Below, one piece after another: positions 1-12,943 of a stretch of 64,000 nt of DNA. Location: contig NC_068995.1 in assembly GCF_001194135.2 (NCBI RefSeq), forward strand, positions 55,922,079 to 55,986,078, written 5' to 3'. The position numbers and the translations under genes are program-made. The notes beneath the pieces are model-generated. The model was not told the DNA's origin. It saw only the letters and a list, made by a program, of their open reading frames with translations, and ran no database searches. The stretch's first letter is position 1; each line of letters starts with the position of its first letter. The DNA is from Octopus bimaculoides (lineage: Eukaryota).

Positions 1-210
1 CTCTCTCGCTCACCATGGACTGTTTCGGCTATTTACAAGGTTCGAGGTCAAATTGGTATTTACCGGTCGACCGAGGGATTATTACAAAAAGAGAATGAAA
101 TAATGGACGAAGAAGATATTAGCTCCTGCTCGGACCCAATACTGGGGCCCCGGAAGGCATACAAACAACAATGGCGGGCAGTTTGGTAGGGAGTGTGGGT
201 GTCTGGTCTG

Positions 211-243
<33 letters not shown>

Positions 244-420
244 GAGATCAGAGAGAACGGTATCGGAATAGTCATCCGAAGTGAAGGAGATGGTGGTGGC
301 GGTGGTAGCGGTGGTTGGCGGGGAGGCGGGGGTTAGAAAATAAATGTTTCTCTGTAAGAAGGGTATATACAGAACATAAAAGAAAACTTCCTGTAATTAT
401 TGAGAAGAGGAATGACGGAC

Positions 421-453
<33 letters not shown>

Positions 454-1251
454 AACAATAACAATAATAAATAAAATAAAAATAAATCAAAGTAATTCGT
501 CAGTATATTACTGAATTGATGGTAAAGACGGAATGAATTGAGTATATATATATATATATATATATATNNNNNNNNNNNNNNNNNNNNNNNNNNNNNNNNN
601 NNNNNNNNNNNNNNNNNNNNNNNNNNNNNNNNNNNNNNNNNNNNNNNNNNNNNNNNNNNNNNNNNNNNNNNNNNNNNNNNNNNNNNNNNNNNNNNNNNNN
701 NNNNNNNNNNNNNNNNNNNNNNNNNNNNNNNNNNNNNNNNNNNNNNNNNNNNNNNNNNNNNNNNNNNNNNNNNNNNNNNNNNNNNNNNNNNNNNNNNNNN
801 NNNNNNNNNNNNNNNNNNNNNNNNNNNNNNNNNNNNNNNNNNNNNNNNNNNNNNNNNNNNNNNNNNNNNNNNNNNNNNNNNNNNNNNNNNNNNNNNNNNN
901 NNNNNNNNNNNNNNNNNNNNNNNNNNNNNNNNNNNNNNNNNNNNNNNNNNNNNNNNNNNNNNNNNNNNNGATCGATCCGCTATCGGACAAGGATTCTGGA
1001 TTATCATTCCTGTTTTTTTACTTAAATTTTGAGAGGAGTCGGGCTCATTTTTAGTATCCACGTTTGTGAGAGCATTGGAGTTTATTTCAGATATTCTCAT
1101 TTTAAAAATCATCTCTGTCTAATCGTTGAGAAGACGTTGGTGTTGCCTTGGTGGAGGTTTGCGCCCTCTGAGTGCTCCTGTTATTATTATTTTGGTTTGA
1201 TTCAGGTTCGGTCTTATTCCTGGTAGGAATTATGTAGATAGCGGGTTACAG

Positions 1252-1312
<61 letters not shown>

Positions 1313-1518
1313 AAGCTCAAGATGTTCATTTTCTTCAATATTACACTCAAAATAAAAAAAAAGAAAATATTCATTATTTCGTCATTAATTTCTTTCATAA
1401 TTTTTTTTTTAATAAAACACTCTTTTTGTTTGTTTTGTTTGCTTCCATTAAATTCTTTGAAAAACAACTTTTCCATTTCCACAGTTCCCTTCATGTCTTA
1501 CATTATCAATGATACTCA

Positions 1519-1573
1519 GTTGCCATGGCAATTAAAAAGGGTTGCCATGGCAGCAAACAGCTTCGACTTCCGC
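1519..1573. promoter_or_regulatory. Two tandem near-perfect RFX X-boxes plus an ETS core
   Basis: GTTGCCATGGCAAT (1519-1532) and GTTGCCATGGCAGC (1541-1554) each match 13/14 of the palindromic consensus GTTGCCATGGCAAC. ACTTCCGC lies at 1566-1573. Confidence 0.5.
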
Positions 1574-2712
1574 TTTTGAGGACACAGGGCTCATTTCATT
1601 GGTTATAAATATATAACTGTTGATGCTTCTATCTTGTTTATTATTAATTATAAGAAAAGAAAAAAAATGAATGCGATATCAGTGAGAAAGTTTTGAAAAC
1701 AATCCATAAGAACTGAAAAATCTTCAAATGGTTGGAAGAAAACGAAAACGATCCCTTGTTGCCTTCGTCGAACAGAAGCACATTTTTGTTTGGTCCATGA
1801 ACTTTCGAGTTTCCAGTTGATGTTTTATGTATGCTAACCAGGTAGCTTTCAACTGAATATATTTTGTATAATTAATTATTCGTATAATTATTTATTATAA
1901 TCCCCATTAACTGAAATATATTGTTTTGTTGTTTTAGTAAACGTGTCTGAACGTAATTTTATTGTGTTCCGGTTTTCGTGTTATATACATTCTATTCTTC
2001 GAATAACCGGTATTTACTCGGCATCTGACACGAATAGAGCTACGTCATGCACGTAATATCGAAATTTGTTGTGAGATAAATTCGTTGTTCAATTTTGTTT
2101 TTATCTACTTTTGCCCCCCCCCCCACGTCATATGTCTGAAAAGAGGTAAAATTTATTCAAATTTCAAAAACAATAAACAAAAGTTGTAGAGGAATAACAA
2201 AACTACAAACAACACAATAAAAAACTACGTTAGAAATGTATCTCGTGTTAATTTAAATAACATTGGAAAGGATTAAAATAAATGGAAAAAATTGAACGAA
2301 TTCATCTGACAGCCCTATACATCTTAAAAGACAAATTCGAGTGTATTATAAAAAATTTCCATCATTAACCTGGTTTTTCCTGTGACAACCATATTTAGTT
2401 TCTACGAATAAAATGCAAACAGTCGATAGAATTACACAGAAGAGAACTTTTCGTTCTGTCTCTAATCCAATGTCTGTGAATATACAACGCCAAGATAAAC
2501 GTCGTGAGCAATAAAAAAAATGTTCAACTGTAGTTGTTGGCCTACTTGTGTTTCACTTTCAGGTGGAAGCAATATTTTTAAAAGATTTGAATATTAATCA
2601 CATGAAAACTAAGAGGTGAGTTATTAATATATTTAATGCATTGATGCATGAAAAGACTAATTAGAAATGTGTGCGTGCGCGTGTGCATGTGTGTGTGTGT
2701 GCATATATATAT

Positions 2713-2753
<41 letters not shown>

Positions 2754-3172
2754 NNNNNNNNNNNNNNNNNNNNNNNNNNNNNNNNNNNNNNNNNNNNNNN
2801 NNNNNNNNNNNNNNNNNNNNNNNNNNNNNNNNNNNNNNNNNNNNNNNNNNNNNNNNNNNNNNNNNNNNNNNNNNNNNNNNNNNNNNNNNNNNNNNNNNNN
2901 NNNNNNNNNNNNNNNNNNNNNNNNNNNNNNNNNNNNNNNNNNNNNNNNNNNNNNNNNNNNNNNNNNNNNNNNNNNNNNNNNNNNNNNNNNNNNNNNNNNN
3001 NNNNNNNNNNNNNNNNNNNNNNNNNNNNNNNNNNNNNNNNNNNNNNNNNNNNNNNNNNNNNNNNNNNNNNNNNNNNNNNNNNNNNNNNNNNNNNNNNNNN
3101 NNNNNNNNNNNNNNNNNNNNNNNNNNNNNNNNNNNNNNNNNNNNNNNNNNNNNNNNNNNNNNNNNNNNNNNN

Positions 3173-3207
<35 letters not shown>

Positions 3208-4598
3208 TCATATATATATATATATAAGTATATATACATACAAACATACACACACACACATATACTTGCATATGAGGTTTTGTTTTCCCGCTCTTTCTCT
3301 CCCTCTCTCTGTTTCTCTTTATCTTCTCCCTCCTCCTCTTTCCTCCATTACTAGAAACAGTAGCTAAATTATCTTCAATCATTCGTCTTAGATAATCTTT
3401 CGTCTTTATGATAATTCTTGTCATATAAACAACCATTTCCGCCCAACCAATGGAACCACCCCGCGGCATTACAAACATAAAAGCTATTCCAGACAATATC
3501 TTCAACACAATAGCTTCTGGAACCCTACTTTTCTTTACTTTCTTTCGGTATCACTCTACTATTTCTTTCTTTCTTCCTTCCTTTCTTTCTTTCGTTCTCT
3601 CTTTCTGCCTGTCGTCCTTTCTTTCGCCCCCCCCCGCTCCACTGGTTCCCGGTTCTTCTTCATCTTACGTTTCTATGTTTCTTGTTTGTTCTTGGCTTTC
3701 TTTATTTTAATTTGTTATTTATTTATTTCTGTTTTTGTCTCTTGTTTTCTTTTCTTTCTTGCATGCTTCTGCTTACATTATCCTCATACCCACCACCACC
3801 ACCATCATCACCATCATCACCATCACCATCACCATCATCATCATCATCATCATCATCATCGTCATCACCATCGTCACCATCATCATTACCATCATTACAA
3901 TCGTCACAATCATCATCATCATTAATTAGCTTCTTCGTCATCCAATTCAGCCTCATCATCACTATTCTTATCATCTTGAAAATCGTCGTCTTCACGCTCC
4001 CAGCATTGATAACACTTATACATATACATATATACTTATATANNNNNNNNNNNNNNNNNNNNNNNNNNNNNNNNNNNNNNNNNNNNNNNNNNNNNNNNNN
4101 NNNNNNNNNNNNNNNNNNNNNNNNNNNNNNNNNNNNNNNNNNNNNNNNNNNNNNNNNNNNNNNNNNNNNNNNNNNNNNNNNNNNNNNNNNNNNNNNNNNN
4201 NNNNNNNNNNNNNNNNNNNNNNNNNNNNNNNNNNNNNNNNNNNNNNNNNNNNNNNNNNNNNNNNNNNNNNNNNNNNNNNNNNNNNNNNNNNNNNNNNNNN
4301 NNNNNNNNNNNNNNNNNNNNNNNNNNNNNNNNNNNNNNNNNNNNNNNNNNNNNNNNNNNNNNNNNNNNNNNNNNNNNNNNNNNNNNNNNNNNNNNNNNNN
4401 NNNNNNNNNNNNNNNNNNNNNNNNNNNATATATATATATATATAAGTATATATACACACATACATATATATACATATATATATAGTATATGTTTATGTGT
4501 ATGTATTTATTTACGTATATATGTGCGTGTGCGTGTAAGTATATAACCATTCTTTCCTTTTCATCTTCATCTAATTTTGTTTATCCACTACCACCACC

Positions 4599-4630
<32 letters not shown>

Positions 4631-4846
4631 CTGCAGCAGTAGTATTAGTTGACGGTGATGATATGATGATGATGATGATGATGACAACGATGGTGATGAA
4701 GATGATGGTGATGGTGATGATGATCTTTACATTCCTCATTCGACTACATCTTGTACTTCATAGTCACAACATAAAATAAACACCCGTCTCTCTGCACTTC
4801 TCTCTCCTTCTATTTCCGTCACTCTCTCTATCACATTTTAGCTCTT

Positions 4847-4890
<44 letters not shown>

Positions 4891-5063
4891 AACCAACCTG
4901 TCGACACTGTACAAGATCTTCATCGCATTTCTTCACATTTGTCTTTCCCCTTTGCCTTCGCCCTTTTTCTACCCCTTAATATTTCCTTCCTCTTTTCCCC
5001 CTTTTCTTTCTTTCCTATTTCTTTGATTATCTGTTTCTATATATCCTTCTCTCTTTAATATTG

Positions 5064-5109
<46 letters not shown>

Positions 5110-5147
5110 CATCATCATCATTATTATTATTATCATCATCATCATCA

Positions 5148-5221
<74 letters not shown>

Positions 5222-5240
5222 TCTATTATTATTATTATAT
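5064..5240. repeat. (ATT)n/(ATC)n compound microsatellite
   Basis: Read directly from the sequence. Confidence 0.95.
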
Positions 5241-5861
5241 TTTCAGAAGTGTATATCCTGGAAACTGTTGGCAGCGAGCGCCACTTTTTGCTGTTGTTGA
5301 TGATGATGATGACGATAATGATGATCTAGTTGTTGTTATCGTTGCTGTTGTTGTTTCATGTCCATAAATCGTATTATTATTTTATCTCACCAAAACCAAG
5401 CCGAACGTCTGAATTAATTCAACCAAGTAGAACGTTTACAAAACATTAAAAACATCATATATATATATATAATATATATATAATATATATANNNNNNNNN
5501 NNNNNNNNNNNNNNNNNNNNNNNNNNNNNNNNNNNNNNNNNNNNNNNNNNNNNNNNNNNNNNNNNNNNNNNNNNNNNNNNNNNNNNNNNNNNNNNNNNNN
5601 NNNNNNNNNNNNNNNNNNNNNNNNNNNNNNNNNNNNNNNNNNNNNNNNNNNNNNNNNNNNNNNNNNNNNNNNNNNNNNNNNNNNNNNNNNNNNNNNNNNN
5701 NNNNNNNNNNNNNNNNNNNNNNNNNNNNNNNNNNNNNNNNNNNNNNNNNNNNNNNNNNNNNNNNNNNNNNNNNNNNNNNNNNNNNNNNNNNNNNNNNNNN
5801 NNNNNNNNNNNNNNNNNNNNNNNNNNNNNNNNNNNNNNNNNNNNNNNNNNNNNNNNNNNNN

Positions 5862-5900
<39 letters not shown>

Positions 5901-6754
5901 ATATTGTATATATATATGTGCGTCTGCACACACACACGCATACATATACATATATATATATATATACACACGCACATATGTAGATAAATGTGTGTGTAGG
6001 TTTTTGTTTGTGTATGTTTACATGAAGAATGAAAACAATAACGTTAATAATGAAGAGAAAAAATATACATTAAAACATAAGAATAAAAAAGAAAGAAGCG
6101 GGAAAAATTGGCGGAAGCGAAAAAAAAATTGTTCATGGTAAATACAACTGTTTGCAAAATAAATTGTCTGCATGCGTGTGTGTGTGTGTGTGTGTGTGTG
6201 CGTGTGTGTGTGTGTGTGNNNNNNNNNNAATGCGTAATTTATGCATCATATATATTATATATTTCTATAAAAATTATGAATCTATTTACATGCATATAAT
6301 AATTATATACATATACATACGTGAATGCATACATTTGTATTTATGCATGAAAATGTGTGTTCGCGCGCGCGTGCGTATGTGCGATAGTGTGTAAGTAAAT
6401 ACGTAAGTTTAAATTCTAATTTTACTCTCGTCCTCTTCGTTGCTCTCCTTTTCTCTGTCGCCAACCTTTTCACTCCCACTTTCTGTTTCCCTTCTATATT
6501 ATTTATTTATTTGTTTGTTTGTTGTTTCTTTCTCTCCCATCCTTTATATGTCTTGTTTTCTGTTTCTTTCTCTCTTTCTCTTTTCCTTATTTGCACTATG
6601 ATTATGTAAATATTGTGCTTGCACATACATATACACAAACATATAGGTATTTATGCCTATAGATGTTATACACACACTCTCAAACACGGACAGACACATC
6701 TTCCTCTTATATACATAGGTGTGTGTGTGTGTCTTAATGGTGAGGTCACAGCAC

Positions 6755-6778
6755 AGACAGACAGACAGATAGATAGAC

Positions 6779-6849
<71 letters not shown>

Positions 6850-6850
6850 C
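6755..6850. repeat. (GACA)n(GATA)n tetranucleotide microsatellite
   Basis: Read directly from the sequence. Confidence 0.95.
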
Positions 6851-8596
6851 ACACCTAAACAAATTCATGCACATCAAGACAATGCGCGTGCGTCCGTCTG
6901 CATTTGTTTCATCTCGATGTATGATATCTGTATAATTATTTAGAGCCTCACATAGATATGGCACTCATTTCACTCTTATATAACAACGTCGAAGGTTATA
7001 CATTTGTAGAACGACGAAGATATCATTTGCATATATAATTAGGCATTTTAAATGATCAGTTTACCAATTGAGATTATGCGTAACATAGAAACTAAACCGG
7101 AAATGCAGATCGCTTCTCCGACCCTCCTTTACACTGCATCACAAATGGTGGTAATTCTAGTTATCTAATAAGGAACGGTCATGTTTAGAAAGCACCCTTC
7201 ATAAGCAAATACATCTCTACCAACTACATAATATCGTAAATTGGATTGATGGTGCAAACAGGGTTTATGATATGATGGTGTTGGAGGTGGTGCCGATGCT
7301 GGTGGAGATCGTAATGGTAACGATGGTGGTAATTGGCGGCTACATTTCGTTTCGTTGTAATTCTGGAGATGTTTGCGATGTCGCTGTAGTTTGGCTTTCT
7401 CTCTCTCTCTCTCTCTCTCAATCAATAGCCGGGCGCCAATTTTTGATCAATGTCTGTATGATGGAATTCACAACCACTCATTCAGTTGGTACTTAGAAAG
7501 AGTAGAAATAAGAAGAAAAAAATATTTTTAAAAAAAGCTGAATAAAACCAACAAATATATAAGTAAATAAATTTTAAAAAATTGGGAGAAATCTCTTTAA
7601 TACATGTAAATGGTCGCAAGAAACTTTTATGGTTCGCCACAATTCAATATTTCCACAGCTTCTAACAAACAACGTTTAGCTTTGATAGTAACCGATATGC
7701 CGTTTTATGAACTACGTTAAACAACTAAAGTATCAGACATTAAACTAAGACTGTTTGCGATTGTGTTATATAATTAATTATTTTATAGAAACTATTTGTT
7801 CTTTCTTGCAGCCGTTTCGGTTCGGTTCATTCATTTATATCATATCGAATCAGCTTTTTGTGAGAAAGTTTATAGAATTAGTTTAAACATACAGCACCAG
7901 AGGGGGTATTTCTAGTATGGCCTAGACCAATGCAAACTGAATGATTTGTCAAAACCACAGTTCGGCCCCAATGACGTGGTATCCTGCCTAATCCGTTAAG
8001 TGTTGTACCCGGTTCGGATTTCTTCAAACACTACGTTTTTCATTTATTGTTTATTGTCATATAAATATGAACAACCGTACCCAGCCTTACTCGGGTTTAT
8101 TAATTCTTAAAATAAATAGAATCACAGTAATTCATTATATTTTAGAAAAATTGCTTTGAAAAAGATTTCTGTCAGTCTTGAGTTCGTCTGAGAATATTAA
8201 TTCATTCAGAAACCTTTTATTCAAGACAATCAGAAGATGGTTCAAATTGAATTTCATGAAAAAAGAAAAAAAAAAAATTGCTAAAATTAATAAAAAAAAT
8301 AAAGTCAGCTTCGACCAAACTTGAACTCAGAATATAACTAAAATACTGCAAGACATTTTGCCCGACACTCAACCTATTCAACAACACATCGTCCTTATTG
8401 TCAGATTTTTCTTCGTAATTTTTTCTTCAGTTCATTTTTTTTTTAATAGAATTTAAAATGAAATTTTTATCTTAAATTTTTCTTTATTGTTTTCTTGTAA
8501 AACATTTCTTTTTCAAAATACTACATTAATTTACATAATTACTTCCAAATAATTTATTTTCCTGGTCAGTAATCTTTCCAGTATCTTTTACAAGAC

Positions 8597-9291
8597 ATGT
8601 TACCGGGGAGCCCTACCAGTTCGGGATAAGCTCACTAGACACAATCATCCTGGCCCCTCGGCCTGTCCAAGATGCGGGTGGGACGTGGAAACCGTCCCGC
8701 ACCCTATTGTTCACTGTCCGAGTGTGTCAGAAGTGTGGGCTTATGCAGAACACCTGTTGTCAGATGTGAGGGGAGTACAGCTATCGTCTGAGTCAATTTA
8801 AAAAAATTGACCCACCGGATTTCCTTACGGAAGAAGGTAAGAATTGTTTTCTCGTGGTAGTAGCAATCGCAAAAGAGGTGATTTGGAAGTCGAGAGTGAA
8901 AGAAATAATGACAGGTAGCTTCGTTTCCGGCCTCGCGTTGGTGAATGTCTTCACTTTTCACCTGAAAAGAAAAGTGGGGTTAAAGAAGAGATGCCTGTAG
9001 GCGAGAATGTACAAAGATAGATGGATACGTGTAGCACGAATGTTGGGTATGAAAGACTCTACATGAACACGCTATAAAGATGACCAGAAGGTGTCGGTAG
9101 AGAAGCAGGGCTCGTGGGGTCGGAGCCTGTTTTAATATCTCATTTCTGTTTTTATTGTTTTGTAATTGTCTTTCGATTATCATTCGATTTTCATATTTGA
9201 TTATTTAATTTTATAACAATCCTTATGTGTCTGACCCCAATCAGGCTGTATCGTCCCCTCTGTATGTCCCCTTGTGGGAAATAAAGTAATA
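8597..9291 (+). mobile_element. 5'-truncated Tx1/L1-clade non-LTR retrotransposon (ORF2 C-terminus with CCHC/zf-RVT region plus 3' UTR), flanked by a 14-bp target-site duplication
   Basis: From 8598 it translates as CYRGALPVRDKLTRHNHPGPSACPRCGWDVETVPHPIVHCPSVSEVWAYAE, the Cx2C..H..C zf-RVT motif. After a stop it continues ..IAKEVIWKSR..FTFHLKRKV..RW. The 3' UTR ends in AATAAAGTAATA. ATCTTTTACAAGAC occurs identically at 8583-8596 and 9292-9305. In-frame stops show it is dead. Confidence 0.9.
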
Positions 9292-9607
9292 ATCTTTTAC
9301 AAGACTTTGCTGTTTACAGTGTTTTCGTTCTTTCTATAAAAAAAAGAAAAAAATCTCAGAATATTGTTTGTGTTGTATTGAAAGATCACAGCTCCAGTAG
9401 AATGTCGCAGGAAAAATCGCAAGAGAGATTCTCCGATCCGAAACAATCGGACAGTCCAACGAAGATTATGAGGCCGAAACTTCGAAGTCACTATTACTCT
9501 TCTTGTAAAAGCGTACATAATAGATATGTACTTTTCAGTAATTCTTCAGTCGAATGTTAAATTGTTTTATAACTCGACAAAAGAGAAAATTAATCTGCAT
9601 CTAATGC

Positions 9608-9654
<47 letters not shown>

Positions 9655-10792
9655 GGTTGACAACTGCCTGTATGTGTAAGCACACTTCTGTGTAGGTGTG
9701 TGTGTGAGCATGTGAGTGTATGGGTGTGCGTGTGTGTTCATCTGTATGAAGACGGTGATTGTTGCGATGTTTCTTTGTTTTACTGAATATATTTATGGTA
9801 GAGAGACATAAACAGAATAAGATATCAGCTACAATCTTCTTCGGTGTATTTTAGAGAATTCCATTGGTAGGGTGTTGAGAGACAGAGACCAGGCACAGAC
9901 ATGGTGGGTATATAGTAGAGCCAGGAGTGTTAATTTAAGCCAAATTCTCATTCCCCCACCCACCTACCCCAACAGTAAAAAAAAAACAAACGGACACATA
10001 AAACATAAATGAAAAGAATAATACACCAGGAACTTAACATTAAAAGAATCTTTAAAAATCTTTTAGTTTTAGATTATTTCTTAACCAACATTAAAAAAAT
10101 ATGACGTCTGCTCATATGAGTAAAACCGCTCTGGGATTAGTTCAGATTAGAATGGATTAAATGGGATTAAGTTTAAGTGGTTTGGGAAATCTGGTACCTG
10201 AAATTGCCAAATACTTTCGATGAGGTTTTTGGAGAATTATTTTGACTGTGGTTTCCGCAAGTTTTGGTTGTCTTACCACAAGAAATATGAAATTCCTAAC
10301 AGCCGAATATAAGACAGCGGTTGGAAACTCCAAAGTAATTAATCTTTTAATTCTTGCAATATACTATAAACTGTGATGAGTTTTTATATACAAGAGAGGA
10401 TTAGAGAAATGGTAAGATATATTATGGTGTAAAAATTGTTGGATCCTAGAAAACTATGATTATTTGATTTGGTTTGGTATTTCACGAGTTCAAATTTTGC
10501 TTCCTGATTGACATAAGACGTCAATACTTTATATTTATTATTGCTCCAACACGGCCGCAGTCAAATGACTGAAACAAGTAAAAGAATATATATNNNNNNN
10601 NNNNNNNNNNNNNNNNNNNNNNNNNNNNNNNNNNNNNNNNNNNNNNNNNNNNNNNNNNNNNNNNNNNNNNNNNNNNNNNNNNNNNNNNNNNNNNNNNNNN
10701 NNNNNNNNNNNNNNNNNNNNNNNNNNNNNNNNNNNNNNNNNNNNNNNNNNNNNNNNTATATATATATATATATATTATTTTTATATTCATTA

Positions 10793-10968
10793 AGGTGGTG
10801 AGATGACAGAACTGTTGGCAGGCCGGACAAAAAGCTAAGCGGCATTTCGTCCGTCTTCACGTTCTGAGTTCATATGCCGTCGAGATCGAGTTTGCGTTTG
10901 AGCATTGGGGGTCGATGTCCTTTCCACCAAAATTTCAGGCCTTGTGCCCAAAGCAGAAGGGATTATTT
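10793..10968 (+). mobile_element. SINE family A copy
   Basis: AAGGTGGTGAGATGACAGAAC..GTTCTGAGTTCATATGCC..AAAATTTCAGGCCTTGTGCC, diverged from the 22481 copy. Confidence 0.8.
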
Positions 10969-10993
10969 TAATTCTTAGCATGCCGGATAATTC

Positions 10994-12199
10994 AGTGAGG
11001 GTCAAACGGAAGAAGGGGAATAACTGGCACAAGTAAAATGCATACAAAGGTGGAATGGTACTCTTTGTCAGTCACGACAGTTACTTCAGAAATAGTGAGC
11101 GTAATATTAAAAAATGCGGATGAGACCGAGTCACAACTTAAACTAGCATATTACATATCCGCCTGACGAAATACAATGGTGATAGTAAAAGATATATCTG
11201 ATGACATATAAACCATCGTGACTTTGTCAGAAAGTACGAGCAGGTCATAATCACCGAAGTAAGCATTATTTTCACTTAAGCAGGCTGGAGCCAATTGAAA
11301 TGAAGAGTCTTGCTCAAGGACTCGGTGGGTCGCCTGGCACAGGAAATCCAACCGACGACCTTTTGAAGGTGAACACAATATCGTTTGGGGGAAGATGGGG
11401 GTGACATGATAAAACTCTGTTGCTTCTCGTGAAGCAGAGTTGAGGTATTTCCTTTTTCCCTCGCTGTTCGACAAGCTATTGAGATACTGATGCATTTCCA
11501 TAGTCGCGCTTCTTTGCCAGACAGGCTTTCTCCACCAGGTAACTCCTATCAGAGACAACACTTGTTTGAGGTAGATTCGGCGAAAGAAGAAAGCACAAGA
11601 GACACTTATGCTGCTTCGCATTTCAAATTCTCCATTCATTCTCCTTTCTCATTTTCTTCCTTGTTTAATTTCTTTGAAAAGTTGATTTTCGAAGATTGAA
11701 TTAGTATATGGTTTCAAAACAGGTTCTTTTGCTTTTGTGTTCAAAGGGGGCATATTCAATGTTACCCCCCTTCTTGCTTTTAGCTTTTATTGGTTTTCTA
11801 GTCGAGAAACCCAGGCTGAAAATTATCGTAAATATTAAAATTCTGGAAAATATGTGTTAAACAGAAATTCTTTTTTTTTAATTTCTTTATTGCCCACAAG
11901 GGGCTAAACATAGAGGGGACAAACAAGGACAGACAAAGAGACTAAGTCGATTACATCAACCACAGTGCGTAACTGGTGCTTATTTAATCGACCCCGAAAC
12001 GATGAAAGGCAAAATCGACCTCGGCGGAATTTGAACTCAGAGCGTAACGGCAGACGTTTAACTTGTGACTCGGTATCATCCGCATTTTTTAAATATTACG
12101 CTCAGTATCTCCATAGCAACTGCTTTGACTAACAAAGAATACCGTTCCACCTTTGCATTTTACTTGTGCCAGTTATTTCCCTTCTGTTTCGCTCTCACT
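10994..12199. repeat. Inverted pair of ~145-150 bp arms (10994-11143 and 12056-12199)
   Basis: AACTGGCACAAGTAAAATGCA and AAAAAATGCGGATGA.ACCGAGTCACAA.TTAAAC in the left arm are matched by their reverse complements in the right arm. Identity is roughly 80% by eye. Confidence 0.85.
11881..12055 (-). mobile_element. SINE family A variant (A2) with a Tx1-like tail; head truncated
   Basis: It has the family-A B-box and central domain, but its tail reads TGTCCTTGTTTGTCCCCTCTATGTTTAGCCCCTTGTGGGCAATAAAGAAAT on the minus strand. Confidence 0.85.
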
Positions 12200-12943
12200 G
12201 GATTTTACCGCTTCAGACCGTTCGTTATTTGCCTGAAAGTTCGAACAGTCTAATTTGGGAAACGTAACGACGACACTTTCAAAATTTGTTGTGTAAGTAT
12301 TTTGAGAACACTTCACTGTGCTTTATTCACTAATTTTTGTTCCATTTTTCAGAAGATAATTTCTTTCATGACATTTTTATCTGTTACTCATATTAAATAC
12401 GTTTTTTTTTTGTTGTTGTTTTTTCTTTAGATGTCAAAAATTGTTAAGTTTATATTTTCTATACACCAATACAACTAGCAAAACGTTGTATCTTCATTTG
12501 CTGCTACAAGTTTCCATCATGGCTTTTCAATATTTCTTTATTTCTGTAAGTGTCAGTTAGCTATTGCAATACATATTTGTGACTGTTCTGTATTTGACGG
12601 CATATAAAACACTTCTTTTTACTAAAATAGTAACTTAAAAAAAAAAACACCTTGAGGTCCTACAGGCGAAGTTGCATTAAATAATACATTCTTTAATGCG
12701 CTAAAAATTCTTTTCTTCTTAACCCTCTCAGGCCTGGGCCTCTGTGTCTAACTTCACCCGCAACTTGGTCTCCTGAGCAAAATAAATAGTTCACATATAC
12801 AGCTCAAGAGTAACAATAGCTGACAAACTAATCGACAGAATTGGTTGCATCTTCTGTTCCTGCGTGTGTTGTTCATTACCAGGAATCGAGCAAAGATGTC
12901 GTTTCAACTATTTCCACTAAAGCGGGAACACGGCGTGACAGGG

